This document shows, piece after piece, positions 1 through 14,685 of a stretch of 64,000 nucleotides of DNA (position 1 is its first letter; every line of letters begins with the position of its first letter). A program made the translations under genes and the position numbers. The DNA comes from Candidatus Magasanikiibacteriota bacterium (lineage in GTDB: Bacteria; Patescibacteriota; Patescibacteriia; Magasanikbacterales; 2-02-FULL-50-9b). The notes below the pieces were generated by a model that saw nothing but the letters and a program-made list of their open reading frames with translations, was not told where the DNA came from and made no database searches. The stretch is taken from the NCBI GenBank assembly GCA_903893485.1, contig CAITMK010000001.1:46560-110559 (forward strand). The letters run 5' to 3'.

Positions 1-573
1 AAGCCCAAGTTTTCGTCGCGCTTCATCAGCCAAAATTGAAATCGCAAATTTAGTATAATCGACCGCATCGGGTGAAATAATGATTTTTTTTTCAGCAATT
101 CCCTTTTCAATAAAAAAACTTTTTAGTCCATTAGAAATTACAATAACATGAGCAACTCTTTTTGCTACCGCTCGAATAATACTATTCCACCGCCCGGTGT
201 GCGCTTCATAGATTTTTTTTCCGCGCGCAAATACGCAGGCCAGCAGTAGTGCGTACTCATCACGACTATAAATAACATCAGGCTTGCGAGCCCAAACGGT
301 TCGCAACGCACTACAGGCAAACGTAATTGACTGAAAAATAAATCCTGCACGCCCTAAAAAAACAGTATCAATTGTTCCAACGTATTGGATCTTAAAATTA
401 CTCTGAATTCCGTAATACAAAAATGGGTCTTGCGTAATTTCATTGCGCCGCCCTGGCACAACCAACGTTACTTCGGCCCCTGCACGCGCAAATGCCTCAC
501 ACATGCTCATGATTTGAATGCCATGCGCCTTTTCCGTTGGCAATCGAGAATTAGTGAGATACAACAACTTCAT
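1..573 (-). CDS. Glycosyltransferase family 4 protein, N-terminal part (runs off window start)
   Basis: Not in the ORF track. ATG at 573 overlaps the upstream TGA (ATGA). Manual translation MKLLYLTNSRLPTEKAHGIQIMSMCEAFARAGAEVTLVVP is a typical GT4 N-terminus. Confidence 0.8.
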   Translation of the reverse strand, partial: MKLLYLTNSRLPTEKAHGIQIMSMCEAFARAGAEVTLVVPGRRNEITQDPFLYYGIQSNFKIQYVGTIDTVFLGRAGFIFQSITFACSALRTVWARKPDVIYSRDEYALLLACVFARGKKIYEAHTGRWNSIIRAVAKRVAHVIVISNGLKSFFIEKGIAEKKIIISPDAVDYTKFAISILADEARRKLGL

Positions 574-1406
574 AAAAAATGTTGCTCATAAAAAACGCGT
601 GTTCCGAGTACAATAAGCATAAGTTGATACCGCAGCGATTGTGCAACAAACTTAATTGGTAATACATTTTTTACGCCGTATCTAAGATACGTCAAAATAA
701 CCCGCACACAAATTACCGCGGACGCACGTACATTCCGATAGATAATATATTTGAAATATTGAGAAACAGTGATGGTATGCCCTCGATACTCCTGAAGGGC
801 AAGCCCCAAATAATAACTCGTCTTTTCTCGAAATTCGGCATAAGGACGATAACTAAAATATACAATATTTTTTGCAACCAACTCTTTTGTTTTTTCACCG
901 ATAATCCAACGCTCATGAACCTTTTTTCCAGCGCGCAAATAAGTATCGCCAAGTGTATTGTACAAACGAAGCATCGAAATATGTGGATATGACCACGCAT
1001 GCTGAACCACCACACCATCACCATCGTCCAACACAATCAGATCTTTCGCCTGAAGAGCAACAAAAGGATCATTTTTTTTCACCACCTCGCGAATTTCATC
1101 AATGAGTCCTTCAGAAAACCATTCATCAGAATCAATATTTACCACCCAATGATGAGTTGCTGCAGCAAGACCCTTTTGACGTACCTCCGTAAAATTATCA
1201 ATGCGAATATTTGGCTCATCAGTTTCCTTTTGTTTAATAATTCGAGCACCAAATTCTTTTGCAATTGCATGAGTCGCATCGGTACTATTTCCATCAACTA
1301 AAATAATTTCGGCAAAATCAGCAATACTTACAAGGCAGCGCCGAAGCACCTTTTCTGAATTTAATGTTGGAATGATTGCGGTACAAGGAATTCGCTCGTG
1401 TTGCAT
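570..1406 (-). CDS. Glycosyltransferase family 2 (WaaE/KdtX-like)
   Basis: IIPTLNSE...CL.S, VDGNSTD.T, IDSDE (DxD) and VHE motifs. Confidence 0.85.
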   Translation of the reverse strand: MQHERIPCTAIIPTLNSEKVLRRCLVSIADFAEIILVDGNSTDATHAIAKEFGARIIKQKETDEPNIRIDNFTEVRQKGLAAATHHWVVNIDSDEWFSEGLIDEIREVVKKNDPFVALQAKDLIVLDDGDGVVVQHAWSYPHISMLRLYNTLGDTYLRAGKKVHERWIIGEKTKELVAKNIVYFSYRPYAEFREKTSYYLGLALQEYRGHTITVSQYFKYIIYRNVRASAVICVRVILTYLRYGVKNVLPIKFVAQSLRYQLMLIVLGTRVFYEQHFL

Positions 1407-1407
1407 A

Positions 1408-2517
1408 CTAGTATGATACGTAAAATTCCTTTATACACGCGATCGTATAATCCATTTCTTCTCGAGTCATCTCAGGAAACATAGGGAGTGAGAGAATGCG
1501 TTTACAAACAGCTTCGGTACGAGGCAGATCCCCCACTGAGTAATCAAGATGTTCGAGAGCTTTTTGTAAATGTAACGAGACAGGATAGTGGATACCGGTC
1601 GAAACACCTTTTTGAATTAAAAAATGTTGAAGTGCATCGCGCTGCGCGGTTTGAATCACAAATAAATGCATATTCGAGATGTTTCCATTTGCTATGGTTT
1701 CTACTGTCACATCGCCAACTCCTGATAACTGCTCACGGTAATATGCGGCATGCTCATTTCGAAGCTTGTTCCAGTGTGATATATATTTTAATTTTACACT
1801 CAAAATAGCACCCTGAATGCCATCCATGCGCATATTATATCCGAGCATCACATGCACATAACGTTCATAGCACCCATGATTACGAAGCGCTCGTGCCTCC
1901 ATCGCAATTCGATCATCATTGGTAATAAGTGCACCGCCCTCACCATACGCACCTAAATTTTTTCCTGGATAAAAACTAAATGCGGCGGCCACACCAAACG
2001 CCCCGGGCTGTTTTCCATTTTGAAATGCACCATATGCCTGACACGCATCCTCAAGAACTTGCAAATTATGCAATTTCGCGAACACCATGACACCATCCAT
2101 CGGTACCATCTGCCCATAAATATGAACCGGGATTATTGCCTTTGTTTTCTGAGTAACTTTTTTTTCTGCATCGATCAAATCTATTGCGTAGGAACCATCT
2201 GCGATATCAACAAACACGGGTATCGCACCGACCGACAAAATTGCTTCTGCCGTAGCGATAAACGTGTGCGCCGGAAGAAGTACCTCATCGCCAGGACCAA
2301 TACGCATGGTACGAAGCGCGATAACAAGTGCGGAGGTGCCTGTATTTACCGCGACACAATGCTTCACACCACAAGCTGCAGCAAGAGACGATTCAAAATC
2401 AGACACACCTTTCCCCAAAACAAAATCAGCATTCTCCATAACTGAAGAAATCGCTAAAGATATTTCATCTTTTAGATATGCGTATTGGCGCTTTAAATCA
2501 ATAAATGGCACTTCCAT
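1408..2517 (-). CDS. DegT/DnrJ/EryC1/StrS family NDP-sugar aminotransferase
   Basis: VPFIDL start, NTGTSAL, PVHIYGQ, EDACQA, FSFYPGKNLGAYGEGG (PLP lysine), GYNMRMD. Confidence 0.95.
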   Translation of the reverse strand: MEVPFIDLKRQYAYLKDEISLAISSVMENADFVLGKGVSDFESSLAAACGVKHCVAVNTGTSALVIALRTMRIGPGDEVLLPAHTFIATAEAILSVGAIPVFVDIADGSYAIDLIDAEKKVTQKTKAIIPVHIYGQMVPMDGVMVFAKLHNLQVLEDACQAYGAFQNGKQPGAFGVAAAFSFYPGKNLGAYGEGGALITNDDRIAMEARALRNHGCYERYVHVMLGYNMRMDGIQGAILSVKLKYISHWNKLRNEHAAYYREQLSGVGDVTVETIANGNISNMHLFVIQTAQRDALQHFLIQKGVSTGIHYPVSLHLQKALEHLDYSVGDLPRTEAVCKRILSLPMFPEMTREEMDYTIACIKEFYVSY

Positions 2518-2533
2518 AAATAATTTTTATTAA

Positions 2534-3502
2534 CTATTCGATCACGACATTTCGCTGAACGCCATTTATAAAACCTAACACATGTGAGTTTTCTTCATTG
2601 ATAATATACGGCTTTGGTTTATAGGTAAGTCGATACAAAATTCGTTCAGCATACTCCGCACCAACCCCGAGGATCAAAAACAACACTGTCATATTTATCA
2701 AGAAAAACGGTACCCCAAAGACATCTGAGAGAGATTGCCCCGAATGCGTGGCAGCTGCTAATACCCAAACGCAAAGTAGTATAAAATTAGCCGCACTCAT
2801 GATAAACGAAATACTGCGCGCAATCCGCAGAGGCTGAAAAGATCTGACAAACACAACCTCATACATGATACCAAACAATTTCTTCAAATCACTCTCTGCG
2901 TTATTCTGCTTGTGATATTGAAAAAGTTCATAGGGTAATCCATTTCGAATTGCCGTCAATAAAAACTCACGAGAGACATCATCGTCTTTTAATGCAACAA
3001 GCATTTCAGGACGCCCAATTGCACACAACGTGGTAGCGTGAACTGGAATTTTTACATGTAGAAACTTTTTACAATACCAACTTGAGAGTGCAAGGCAAGC
3101 TCGATACAGCACTGACTTATCCGTCGGAGGAGTTACCCCAACGAGCAATCGATCACCTTTAATGCGCTCTGCAATTATTTCAAGAACCGCGCTCACCGAA
3201 TCATTTTCTGGAGCTACCACAACGACACAATCACCGATTACATTCTCGAGCCCTAAGCGAAACGCACGATTTTGTCCTTGTTTTTTAGACAAACGCAAAA
3301 ACCGTAAATTAAGAATTTTTTGCAAAAGCTCTTGAGCCTCCTTCTGAACAAGAATGTCATCGGTATTATCAACGAACACGATCTCATAATTTTCGTATTC
3401 ACTCATCAAAGAATCACCGAGGTCTGCAATATAGCAATCAAATTCCTTATGATATTTATTAATAACAATGAGCACCGAGATAAAGTAATTTTCAATTTTC
3501 AT
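2534..3502 (-). CDS. GT2/GtrB-like membrane glycosyltransferase with two C-terminal TM helices (DxD degenerate)
   Basis: YEIVFVD, LRLSKKQG...A...G, two C-terminal hydrophobic segments, EY..RI...KPKPY tail. Confidence 0.7.
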   Translation of the reverse strand: MKIENYFISVLIVINKYHKEFDCYIADLGDSLMSEYENYEIVFVDNTDDILVQKEAQELLQKILNLRFLRLSKKQGQNRAFRLGLENVIGDCVVVVAPENDSVSAVLEIIAERIKGDRLLVGVTPPTDKSVLYRACLALSSWYCKKFLHVKIPVHATTLCAIGRPEMLVALKDDDVSREFLLTAIRNGLPYELFQYHKQNNAESDLKKLFGIMYEVVFVRSFQPLRIARSISFIMSAANFILLCVWVLAAATHSGQSLSDVFGVPFFLINMTVLFLILGVGAEYAERILYRLTYKPKPYIINEENSHVLGFINGVQRNVVIE

Positions 3503-4632
3503 AGTGAGGTGATATCAAGTTGAATTTCCTGCAAAATATCGTAGATATTATCAATTTTTGAACCGAGTACCGCGTGGAAGTTTTTGATACCGCAATTTTT
3601 TTTAAATAAAATCGGACGCGCATCATCACTTTCCGTTACCGGTAAGATTGTTTTAAACTCCCATAATGACTCCCCAGAGTATACGACATCTTTAAGCGCA
3701 GGCACATACCGCATTCCATCACGCTGCATATACACAAATTTAGAGCGCGCTTCCGGCAATGCCAGCGGTACATGCGTATGCATATCTTGCGGAGAATCCT
3801 GCCATTCAACATGCGGCGTATAACGCACATGACTCAAGGTATGTTTTTGTAATGCCGGAAATGGCATGAGTGAAAAAAAAGGACCACACATTACGGTGAT
3901 ACCGATATTTTCGAACTGCGGTGGCACATCAACCAAGGCTAATTCAGTTAATTCATATTTAAGAGAAAGAAGTGGTAATCCCGAATCTGCAAGTAATCTA
4001 TTAATTCCCGAATAGGTGCAGTTATATACACGATCAGCAGTAATGGTTTCAGTGGCCCCATGAACATCTTGCAATAATACTGAGATTTTTCCATCCGCAA
4101 GACCACTCACTTGTATCGCCGTTGTTTGCAATGCAATCGCTATCTTATTTTGAATCATTTTTTCCAAAACAATTTCTTTAAGAACTGTTGCGTCAAAAAT
4201 AGATTCTTCTGCCAAAAATACATCCTCAATAATACTTGAATCAAAATAATTTAAAACTTTAGGTTGGGGCTGAGCTATTCGCGCACCAGCACGCTGCATA
4301 AATAAACGAAACTGCCCTGCATTAATTTTAGAATTAAGTCGACTAATTGCGTAATACGAATCAAAATTAGTTATAACCGCTCGCTGATAGTCTGCAATAA
4401 AATGTGGGTAATTAATTGCAGAACGCGTTGCTGTTCGAAGATTTCGAGGATAATGATGCCCCGCATGAATACGCGCCTGATTTGAAAAAGATGCACGAGA
4501 AAGTAGTGCATCTTTTTGTTCAATAACTGCAATGTGAGAAAATTGTAAACTTAAAAAGTTAGCTATTTCACAGCCATAAAACCCGCCGCCAATCACGATG
4601 ACGTCAAAATGTTTTCTATGTAAAATAGCCAC
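3499..4632 (-). CDS. FAD-dependent oxidoreductase (DAO/LhgO-like), glycan-cluster associated
   Basis: VIGGGFYG Rossmann motif, ASFSNQARIHAGHHYPR, GPFFSLMP, GSKID. Start codon uncertain. Confidence 0.8.
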   Translation of the reverse strand: MAILHRKHFDVIVIGGGFYGCEIANFLSLQFSHIAVIEQKDALLSRASFSNQARIHAGHHYPRNLRTATRSAINYPHFIADYQRAVITNFDSYYAISRLNSKINAGQFRLFMQRAGARIAQPQPKVLNYFDSSIIEDVFLAEESIFDATVLKEIVLEKMIQNKIAIALQTTAIQVSGLADGKISVLLQDVHGATETITADRVYNCTYSGINRLLADSGLPLLSLKYELTELALVDVPPQFENIGITVMCGPFFSLMPFPALQKHTLSHVRYTPHVEWQDSPQDMHTHVPLALPEARSKFVYMQRDGMRYVPALKDVVYSGESLWEFKTILPVTESDDARPILFKKNCGIKNFHAVLGSKIDNIYDILQEIQLDITSL

Positions 4633-4648
4633 ACAATATTTTTATGAA

Positions 4649-5131
4649 TTATTCCCGTTCATCTTCGGTGTAAACGTGCAAGTAATCAGTGCGGCTATAA
4701 TCGTACAATTCATCTTCTGAAAAGAAGCGTGGAACCTCAAGCATTGCATTTTCAACCGTGTCTGATGCATGAATTACGTTACAAGCAACACTCATCGCCA
4801 AATCGCCACGAATTGAACCTGCTTCTGCAACACGCGCTTTCGTAATACCAGTAATCTGGCGAACCGCAGCAACAACTTCTAAGCCTTCCAAACAAATTGC
4901 AACCACTGGTGATGACATCATAAAACGTTCAACACCTGGATAAAACGGCTTGCCTGCAATGTGCGCATAGTGTTCGCGGAGTACTGCTTCGTCCAAACGC
5001 ATCATTTTAAGGCCGACAATTTTAAGGCCTTTGCGTTCAAAGCGGTTAATAATTTCGCCGACGAGTGCGCGCTGAATTGCGTCTGGCTTGATTAAAATCA
5101 ATGTTTTTTCTGACAATCCGGTGAAATTCAT
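4649..5131 (-). CDS. ndk: Nucleoside diphosphate kinase
   Basis: EKTLILIKPDAIQR, HY.HI..KPFY, GSIRGD, NVIHASD catalytic His. Start set at the MNFTG ATG. Confidence 0.97.
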   Translation of the reverse strand: MNFTGLSEKTLILIKPDAIQRALVGEIINRFERKGLKIVGLKMMRLDEAVLREHYAHIAGKPFYPGVERFMMSSPVVAICLEGLEVVAAVRQITGITKARVAEAGSIRGDLAMSVACNVIHASDTVENAMLEVPRFFSEDELYDYSRTDYLHVYTEDERE

Positions 5132-5223
5132 ATGAGTAAATAACAAATTATGCCCAAATCGTAACATAACTTTGACGATTCGGCAAGGGCGTCTTATACT
5201 ATAAGCACTAATTAATTGTACCT

Positions 5224-5643
5224 ATGAAAAAAACACTTTCAATCTTGATCGTGGCAGCAGCCGGCTTAGCTCTTATTGGCGCGGGTTGCGAAAAAAAAGC
5301 GGATGATACAAGCGCAAATACCGCGCAAAATGCCATCGAAATTAACAAAGCACCTACGCCAAATGTAGTGGCGGTAACCTATAATCCAACTGGATTGGCT
5401 CAAAAAACCATTACCGTGCAAGCTGGCGACTACGTTGAATTTCGCAACAGCGACTTAGTACCACACTGGCCAGCGAGCGCGCCACACCCAACGCACACCG
5501 ATTACCCAGAACTTAACCCGGGCTCAGCAATTCCAGCGGGCGAACTCTGGCGTTTCACTGCCACCAAGAAAGGTATGTGGAAATTCCACGACGAATCAAA
5601 TCCAACCGACGTTCGTTTCCAAGGCGTTTTGATCGTTCAGTAA
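5224..5643 (+). CDS. Lipoprotein with cupredoxin-like domain
   Basis: LIGAGC lipobox; ITVQAGDYVEFRN, HWPASAPHPTH, F...G.W.FHD, G.LIV. Confidence 0.75.
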   Translation: MKKTLSILIVAAAGLALIGAGCEKKADDTSANTAQNAIEINKAPTPNVVAVTYNPTGLAQKTITVQAGDYVEFRNSDLVPHWPASAPHPTHTDYPELNPGSAIPAGELWRFTATKKGMWKFHDESNPTDVRFQGVLIVQ

Positions 5644-7635
5644 TTACAGTTCATCGATTGAGCGAAGGAAACTTTTTCCACGCCAATTCACGGATTGTTC
5701 ATCTGGCTCGTAGGTTACCTCGGCGACCTGCGAGCTTTTGTGTTCTGAATCAAACAGCGCTTCGCTCAGCTCTTCCAAAAATGGCGACGGCGACATAAGA
5801 TATTCATTGTTTTTGCCACCAAGCGATGCGTAGGTCAAAAACAAATTGCGGCGCGCGCGAGTCACCGCAACATAAAACAAGCGGCGTTCTTCTTCCATAC
5901 CACCTTCTTCCAACGATGCACGCTCACTTGGAAACGCATTCGCAACCAAACTTACAATAAACACCGTATCCCATTCCAAACCTTTTGATTGATGAATCGT
6001 TGAGAGAATAACTTTTTCAGCAACATCAGTATTTTTGCCTTTGAACTGTTCTTGCAGCGCGGTCTCTGCTAAAAAAGTTTTCAGATCCGTTGAGCGATCC
6101 GTAAAATTTGCAAGCTGATCGATGTCAGCAATGCGATCATCGCCATTGGTAAATTCTTTATGCGCATAAAAATCATATGCACTTTTAATCACGCGGATTT
6201 TGTCGCCAACCGTGCCGTGCGAATGCGCAATATTTTCAAAGGTACGCACCACCACATCCCAACCACGCGCCGCACGTTTTTCAATTTCAACGGGCGAGCC
6301 CATAAAAAGTTCCGATGTTTGTGCGCGCAGTTTTACTTGATCATAAATTTTACGCGCCGATTCCAAACCAATTCCCTCTTGCTGCACGAGCATACGATGC
6401 CACGCGATAGAATCCTTGGGCGACGCAAACGCACGCAAATATGCCAAAACATCTTTGATATGCGCGCGTTCAAAAAAACGTTGGCCACCACGATATTCGT
6501 ATGGCACCCCACGCTCAGTTAATTCAAATTCCAAAAGTTGTGAATGAAACGATGATCGAAACAAAATCGCAATTTCAGAAAGTGGGCGGCCTTCTTTTCG
6601 ATACTTTTGGATAATATCAACGATGTGTTCTGCCTCATGCGCAGTAGTGTCGGAGCGAATAATCGTCGGCTTGGTGTGATTGCCAAGCGCACTGCGCAAC
6701 TCTTTTTGAAACTGATTTTTATTTTGTTTAATTACTTCGTTTGCTAATTCCAAAATTTGTGGCGACGAACGATAGTTCGTAAGCAAATGAAAAATACGCG
6801 CGCCAGGATATTGTTTTGCAAAATCCAAAATATTTGCAATGTCCGCCGCGCGAAAAGAATAAATCGATTGCGCATCATCACCCACGGCCAAAATATTTCC
6901 ATTCACACTACACATGTGTTGCACAATGCGTGCCTGCACGCGATTCGTATCTTGATATTCATCAACCAGCACATATCGAAACTGCGAAGAAAGTTTCACG
7001 CGAATTTCTGGAAATTCCGTGAGCAATTTAAGCCATAAAACTAACAAATCGTCGAAGTCAGCAAAATTACTTTCGCGCTTGCGCTTTTCATACATGGCAA
7101 ACCAATGCACCATGTCGGTTGCGGCACCAAAAAATCGCGGCGCTTTAATGTCGACCGCTTCTTCCAAATTAATCATGGCGTTGCGCGAATACGAATACGT
7201 TTCCATCATCACGTTTACCGATGGAATTTTTTTTGATTTTGTATCAACGCCTTCATCTTTTAAAATTTGAGAAAATAAACTACGCGAATCTTCTGAATCT
7301 AAAATAGTAATGTGCGCAGAAAAACCAAGTTCCTTTGCATATTTGTTTACCAAACGAAACCCAATATTATGAAATGTGCCACTCCACAAATTTTGGGGGG
7401 CGCTGCCCATAAGTTGCTTTACGCGATCAAGCATTTGATTCGCCGCTTTGTTGGTAAATGTTAAAAGTAAAATCGAATCCGCGGGGATTCCATGTTCGAG
7501 CAAATATGCCACACGAAATGTAATCGTACGCGTTTTGCCCGAGCCCGCGCCGGCCAAAACCAAACAAGGCCCCTCACCATCTGTCACTACCGGTAATTGT
7601 TCTTCATTCAGTTCTTTTGCAAAATCAATAGGCAT
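5644..7635 (-). CDS. ATP-dependent DNA helicase, UvrD/PcrA/Rep family
   Basis: LNEEQ, AGAGSGKT, LTFTNKAA, VDEYQD, VGDDAQSIYSFR, NYRS, TIHQSKGLEW, EERRLFYVAVTRA. Confidence 0.97.
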   Translation of the reverse strand: MPIDFAKELNEEQLPVVTDGEGPCLVLAGAGSGKTRTITFRVAYLLEHGIPADSILLLTFTNKAANQMLDRVKQLMGSAPQNLWSGTFHNIGFRLVNKYAKELGFSAHITILDSEDSRSLFSQILKDEGVDTKSKKIPSVNVMMETYSYSRNAMINLEEAVDIKAPRFFGAATDMVHWFAMYEKRKRESNFADFDDLLVLWLKLLTEFPEIRVKLSSQFRYVLVDEYQDTNRVQARIVQHMCSVNGNILAVGDDAQSIYSFRAADIANILDFAKQYPGARIFHLLTNYRSSPQILELANEVIKQNKNQFQKELRSALGNHTKPTIIRSDTTAHEAEHIVDIIQKYRKEGRPLSEIAILFRSSFHSQLLEFELTERGVPYEYRGGQRFFERAHIKDVLAYLRAFASPKDSIAWHRMLVQQEGIGLESARKIYDQVKLRAQTSELFMGSPVEIEKRAARGWDVVVRTFENIAHSHGTVGDKIRVIKSAYDFYAHKEFTNGDDRIADIDQLANFTDRSTDLKTFLAETALQEQFKGKNTDVAEKVILSTIHQSKGLEWDTVFIVSLVANAFPSERASLEEGGMEEERRLFYVAVTRARRNLFLTYASLGGKNNEYLMSPSPFLEELSEALFDSEHKSSQVAEVTYEPDEQSVNWRGKSFLRSIDEL

Positions 7636-7636
7636 G

Positions 7637-12219
<4,583 letters not shown>

Positions 12220-12260
12220 AACAACAGTATACCAAACAAATCGCCAAGCGAGTGAGAGTC

Positions 12261-12289
12261 TTGACAAAATATGCATTATGGTGTAGTCT
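12261..12289 (+). promoter_or_regulatory. Sigma70 promoter of cassette 1
   Basis: TTGACA-N17-TAGTCT. Confidence 0.7.
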
Positions 12290-12315
12290 CCTCCTTCCAA
12301 CACTGGAGGCCCACC

Positions 12316-12678
12316 ATGGGAAGGTTACACACACTCAGAGAAGCGCACGAAGCGGCGAAGAAACGTCTCGACGAAGTCTATGCCGAGGACGCGGCTGCGG
12401 CCGTCGAAATCCTGAAGGCAAAGGTTCCGGAGAGCTTGAGTCAGTGGAAAGAAAAGACAAAGCTCTTTCATTATCTGACGACAATCGGTGGCTTTACCGC
12501 CGAATACGAAACAGGTACCGCGGAAGACAGGTCGTTCCTCAAAGAACTGGGGTTCACAAACCTTCGCACCTTCACGAAGGCCCTGCAGACACTGAAGAAG
12601 GCCTGGGCCGGGGAGGTGGGTATCTGGATCACCCACCAATCCGGACGCCACATCACAGTCACGTTCTCCGCGATCTGA
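12316..12678 (+). CDS. GC-rich orphan protein (cassette 1)
   Basis: GGAGG SD 6 nt before ATG, own promoter and terminator; 120 aa. Confidence 0.75.
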   Translation: MGRLHTLREAHEAAKKRLDEVYAEDAAAAVEILKAKVPESLSQWKEKTKLFHYLTTIGGFTAEYETGTAEDRSFLKELGFTNLRTFTKALQTLKKAWAGEVGIWITHQSGRHITVTFSAI

Positions 12679-12683
12679 TCGCA

Positions 12684-12724
12684 CGCCATGTCCCCAACCC
12701 GGACCTCTGGCGGTTTTTTATTTT
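12684..12724 (+). terminator. Hairpin plus U-tract after cassette 1
   Basis: CGCCA-T-GTCC-loop-GGAC-CTC-TGGCG followed by GTTTTTTATTTT. Confidence 0.6.
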
Positions 12725-13746
12725 ATGAACATTCCATCTCCAAAACTGAAAAACCGATATTCGCGATTAATCGCGTCGGCATAAATTTTCTTTAAATGTT
12801 CCAACCCGCCTTCCCCTAAAAATGCACTGACGAGTAAAAGTAATGTCGATTTCGGCAAATGAAAATTCGTCACAAGTCCATCGATGATTTTAAATGTGTA
12901 GCCAGGGTTGATAAAAATATTTATGTCACCTTCGAATGATTCGCCTGCCAAAATTTTTTCAGCGGCACCTTCAAGCGCACGCGTCGTAGTGGTGCCAACA
13001 GCAATCACACGCCGACCCACTTTTTTCGCCTCCGCAATCGCTCCTGCAGTTTCACGATCGACACTTACCCACTCACTGTGCATTGGATGCGCTTCAACTT
13101 CTTCAGTTTTCACAGGCTGAAACGTACCAATCCCCACGTGCAGTGTAACTTCCAAAAATGTCACGCCCGATGCCTGAATCTTTGCACGTAAGTCCTCTGT
13201 GAAGTGAAATCCTGCGGTTGGAGCCGCGACAGATCCAGTATGACGCGCATACACGGTTTGATACTCACCAAGCGTTGTAGGGCCATTTTTCACGTAGGGC
13301 GGGAGCGGAATCTCGCCGTGTTCATTTGCGAAATCGATAACCTCGGCAGCTGACATTTTTTCACCGCCTCGTGAAAATTTCATTTCGAATTCACCATCTT
13401 CGTGGCGCACGGTAACCTCACCAATAACAGTACCGGGTAATTCAACCCGCATTCCAGGCTGCAACTTTTTTCCAGGCTTTCCAAGGCAGAGCCATGCCTC
13501 ACTCGATGGACGAAGCAATAAAATTTCAACCGTACCAACACGAAGTCGTGCGCGAAACACTTTTGTGTTATTAAAAACCAATACATCATCTGGGCGTAAA
13601 TATTTTACAATATCAAAAAATTGTTCGTGGCGTGTTTCCCCGCTTGTGCGATCCACAACCAACAACTTCGAATGATCACGCGGCTCTACAGATTTCTGCG
13701 CGATACGTTCGGTGGGTAAAAAATAATCAAGTTCAGAGGTTTTCAT
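12718..13746 (-). CDS. queA: S-adenosylmethionine:tRNA ribosyltransferase-isomerase
   Basis: LP.E.IAQ, VFNNTKV, PLPPY, YQTVYA, GSVAAPTAG.HF, LHVG.GTF.PV, VGTT, TNFHLPKST, YRFFSFGD. Confidence 0.97.
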   Translation of the reverse strand: MKTSELDYFLPTERIAQKSVEPRDHSKLLVVDRTSGETRHEQFFDIVKYLRPDDVLVFNNTKVFRARLRVGTVEILLLRPSSEAWLCLGKPGKKLQPGMRVELPGTVIGEVTVRHEDGEFEMKFSRGGEKMSAAEVIDFANEHGEIPLPPYVKNGPTTLGEYQTVYARHTGSVAAPTAGFHFTEDLRAKIQASGVTFLEVTLHVGIGTFQPVKTEEVEAHPMHSEWVSVDRETAGAIAEAKKVGRRVIAVGTTTTRALEGAAEKILAGESFEGDINIFINPGYTFKIIDGLVTNFHLPKSTLLLLVSAFLGEGGLEHLKKIYADAINREYRFFSFGDGMFIK

Positions 13747-14684
13747 TTGAGATATTTTTTATTTGCGATTTGCTCATCGAGTGTACGCGCGTAATGTGCA
13801 ACACCGTCAGGTCCGACTAAGAAAAAAATATAGTTATTTGGCGTTGGATTTTCTGCAGCTTCAATTGCGTCAAGTCCTGGATTACTGATCGGCCCTATTG
13901 GCAGTCCGCGCGCCGCATATGTGTTCCATGGCGAATTACTCTTTCGTTCAAGCGCCGTTGTGTACACGCTATCACGCGCGCTTGCATATGAAACCGTGGA
14001 ATCAAATTGCAGCGCCATACCCATTTTTAATCGGCGCCAAATAATGTCGGCAACCATTTTGCGATCAGCTTCGCTACGCACCTCTTTTTCCAAAATACTT
14101 GCAACGGTCACCACATCGTGCGAGGCGCGACCATTAGTCCTACGACCAAAATTATCAAGCATGGTGTGCACCAGTCCATCAACACCAAGACCCTTTGCAT
14201 CATAATAGTACGTGTCAGGAAATAAATATCCCTCGAGTGAAATAGTATCTGGCGCATCTTTTAAAAAAGAAAATTCGCTGCGATATTTTTTGTCTGCTCC
14301 ACCAATTTTCGCGGGCGTACCCACAAGCGCATATAATTTTTTTGCGCCAGACGGATCAACCGTTGCAATAATTTTTTGGATATCGCGCAAATCACTTCCT
14401 TCGGGGATTGTAATGCGCACCGCCGTATCGGCCGGCGAATCAAACAAATGTGCAACGCATAAAAAATTGCAATTCGCTGGAACCGCCACAGCGCCCGGAT
14501 ACACATGTTTAATGAATGGTCGAATCAAAAACCCAATACGAATTATTTTTGCAGCAACTAATTTTTGCGCCGCCGCAGACACCGAATCGCCCGGCGCAAT
14601 TTCAATAACACCCGGCTGCACACGCGTTCCCCACCATCCAAAAAATAAAATCGCCAAAAGCAAAACAGCAAAGAACTTTTTCAT
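13743..14684 (-). CDS. mltG: Endolytic transglycosylase MltG (YceG)
   Basis: N-terminal TM, TIPEG, LEGYLFPDTY, ASILEKE, LQFDST, SPWNTY...GLP.GPISNPG. Confidence 0.93.
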   Translation of the reverse strand: MKKFFAVLLLAILFFGWWGTRVQPGVIEIAPGDSVSAAAQKLVAAKIIRIGFLIRPFIKHVYPGAVAVPANCNFLCVAHLFDSPADTAVRITIPEGSDLRDIQKIIATVDPSGAKKLYALVGTPAKIGGADKKYRSEFSFLKDAPDTISLEGYLFPDTYYYDAKGLGVDGLVHTMLDNFGRRTNGRASHDVVTVASILEKEVRSEADRKMVADIIWRRLKMGMALQFDSTVSYASARDSVYTTALERKSNSPWNTYAARGLPIGPISNPGLDAIEAAENPTPNNYIFFLVGPDGVAHYARTLDEQIANKKYLK

Positions 14685-14685
14685 A

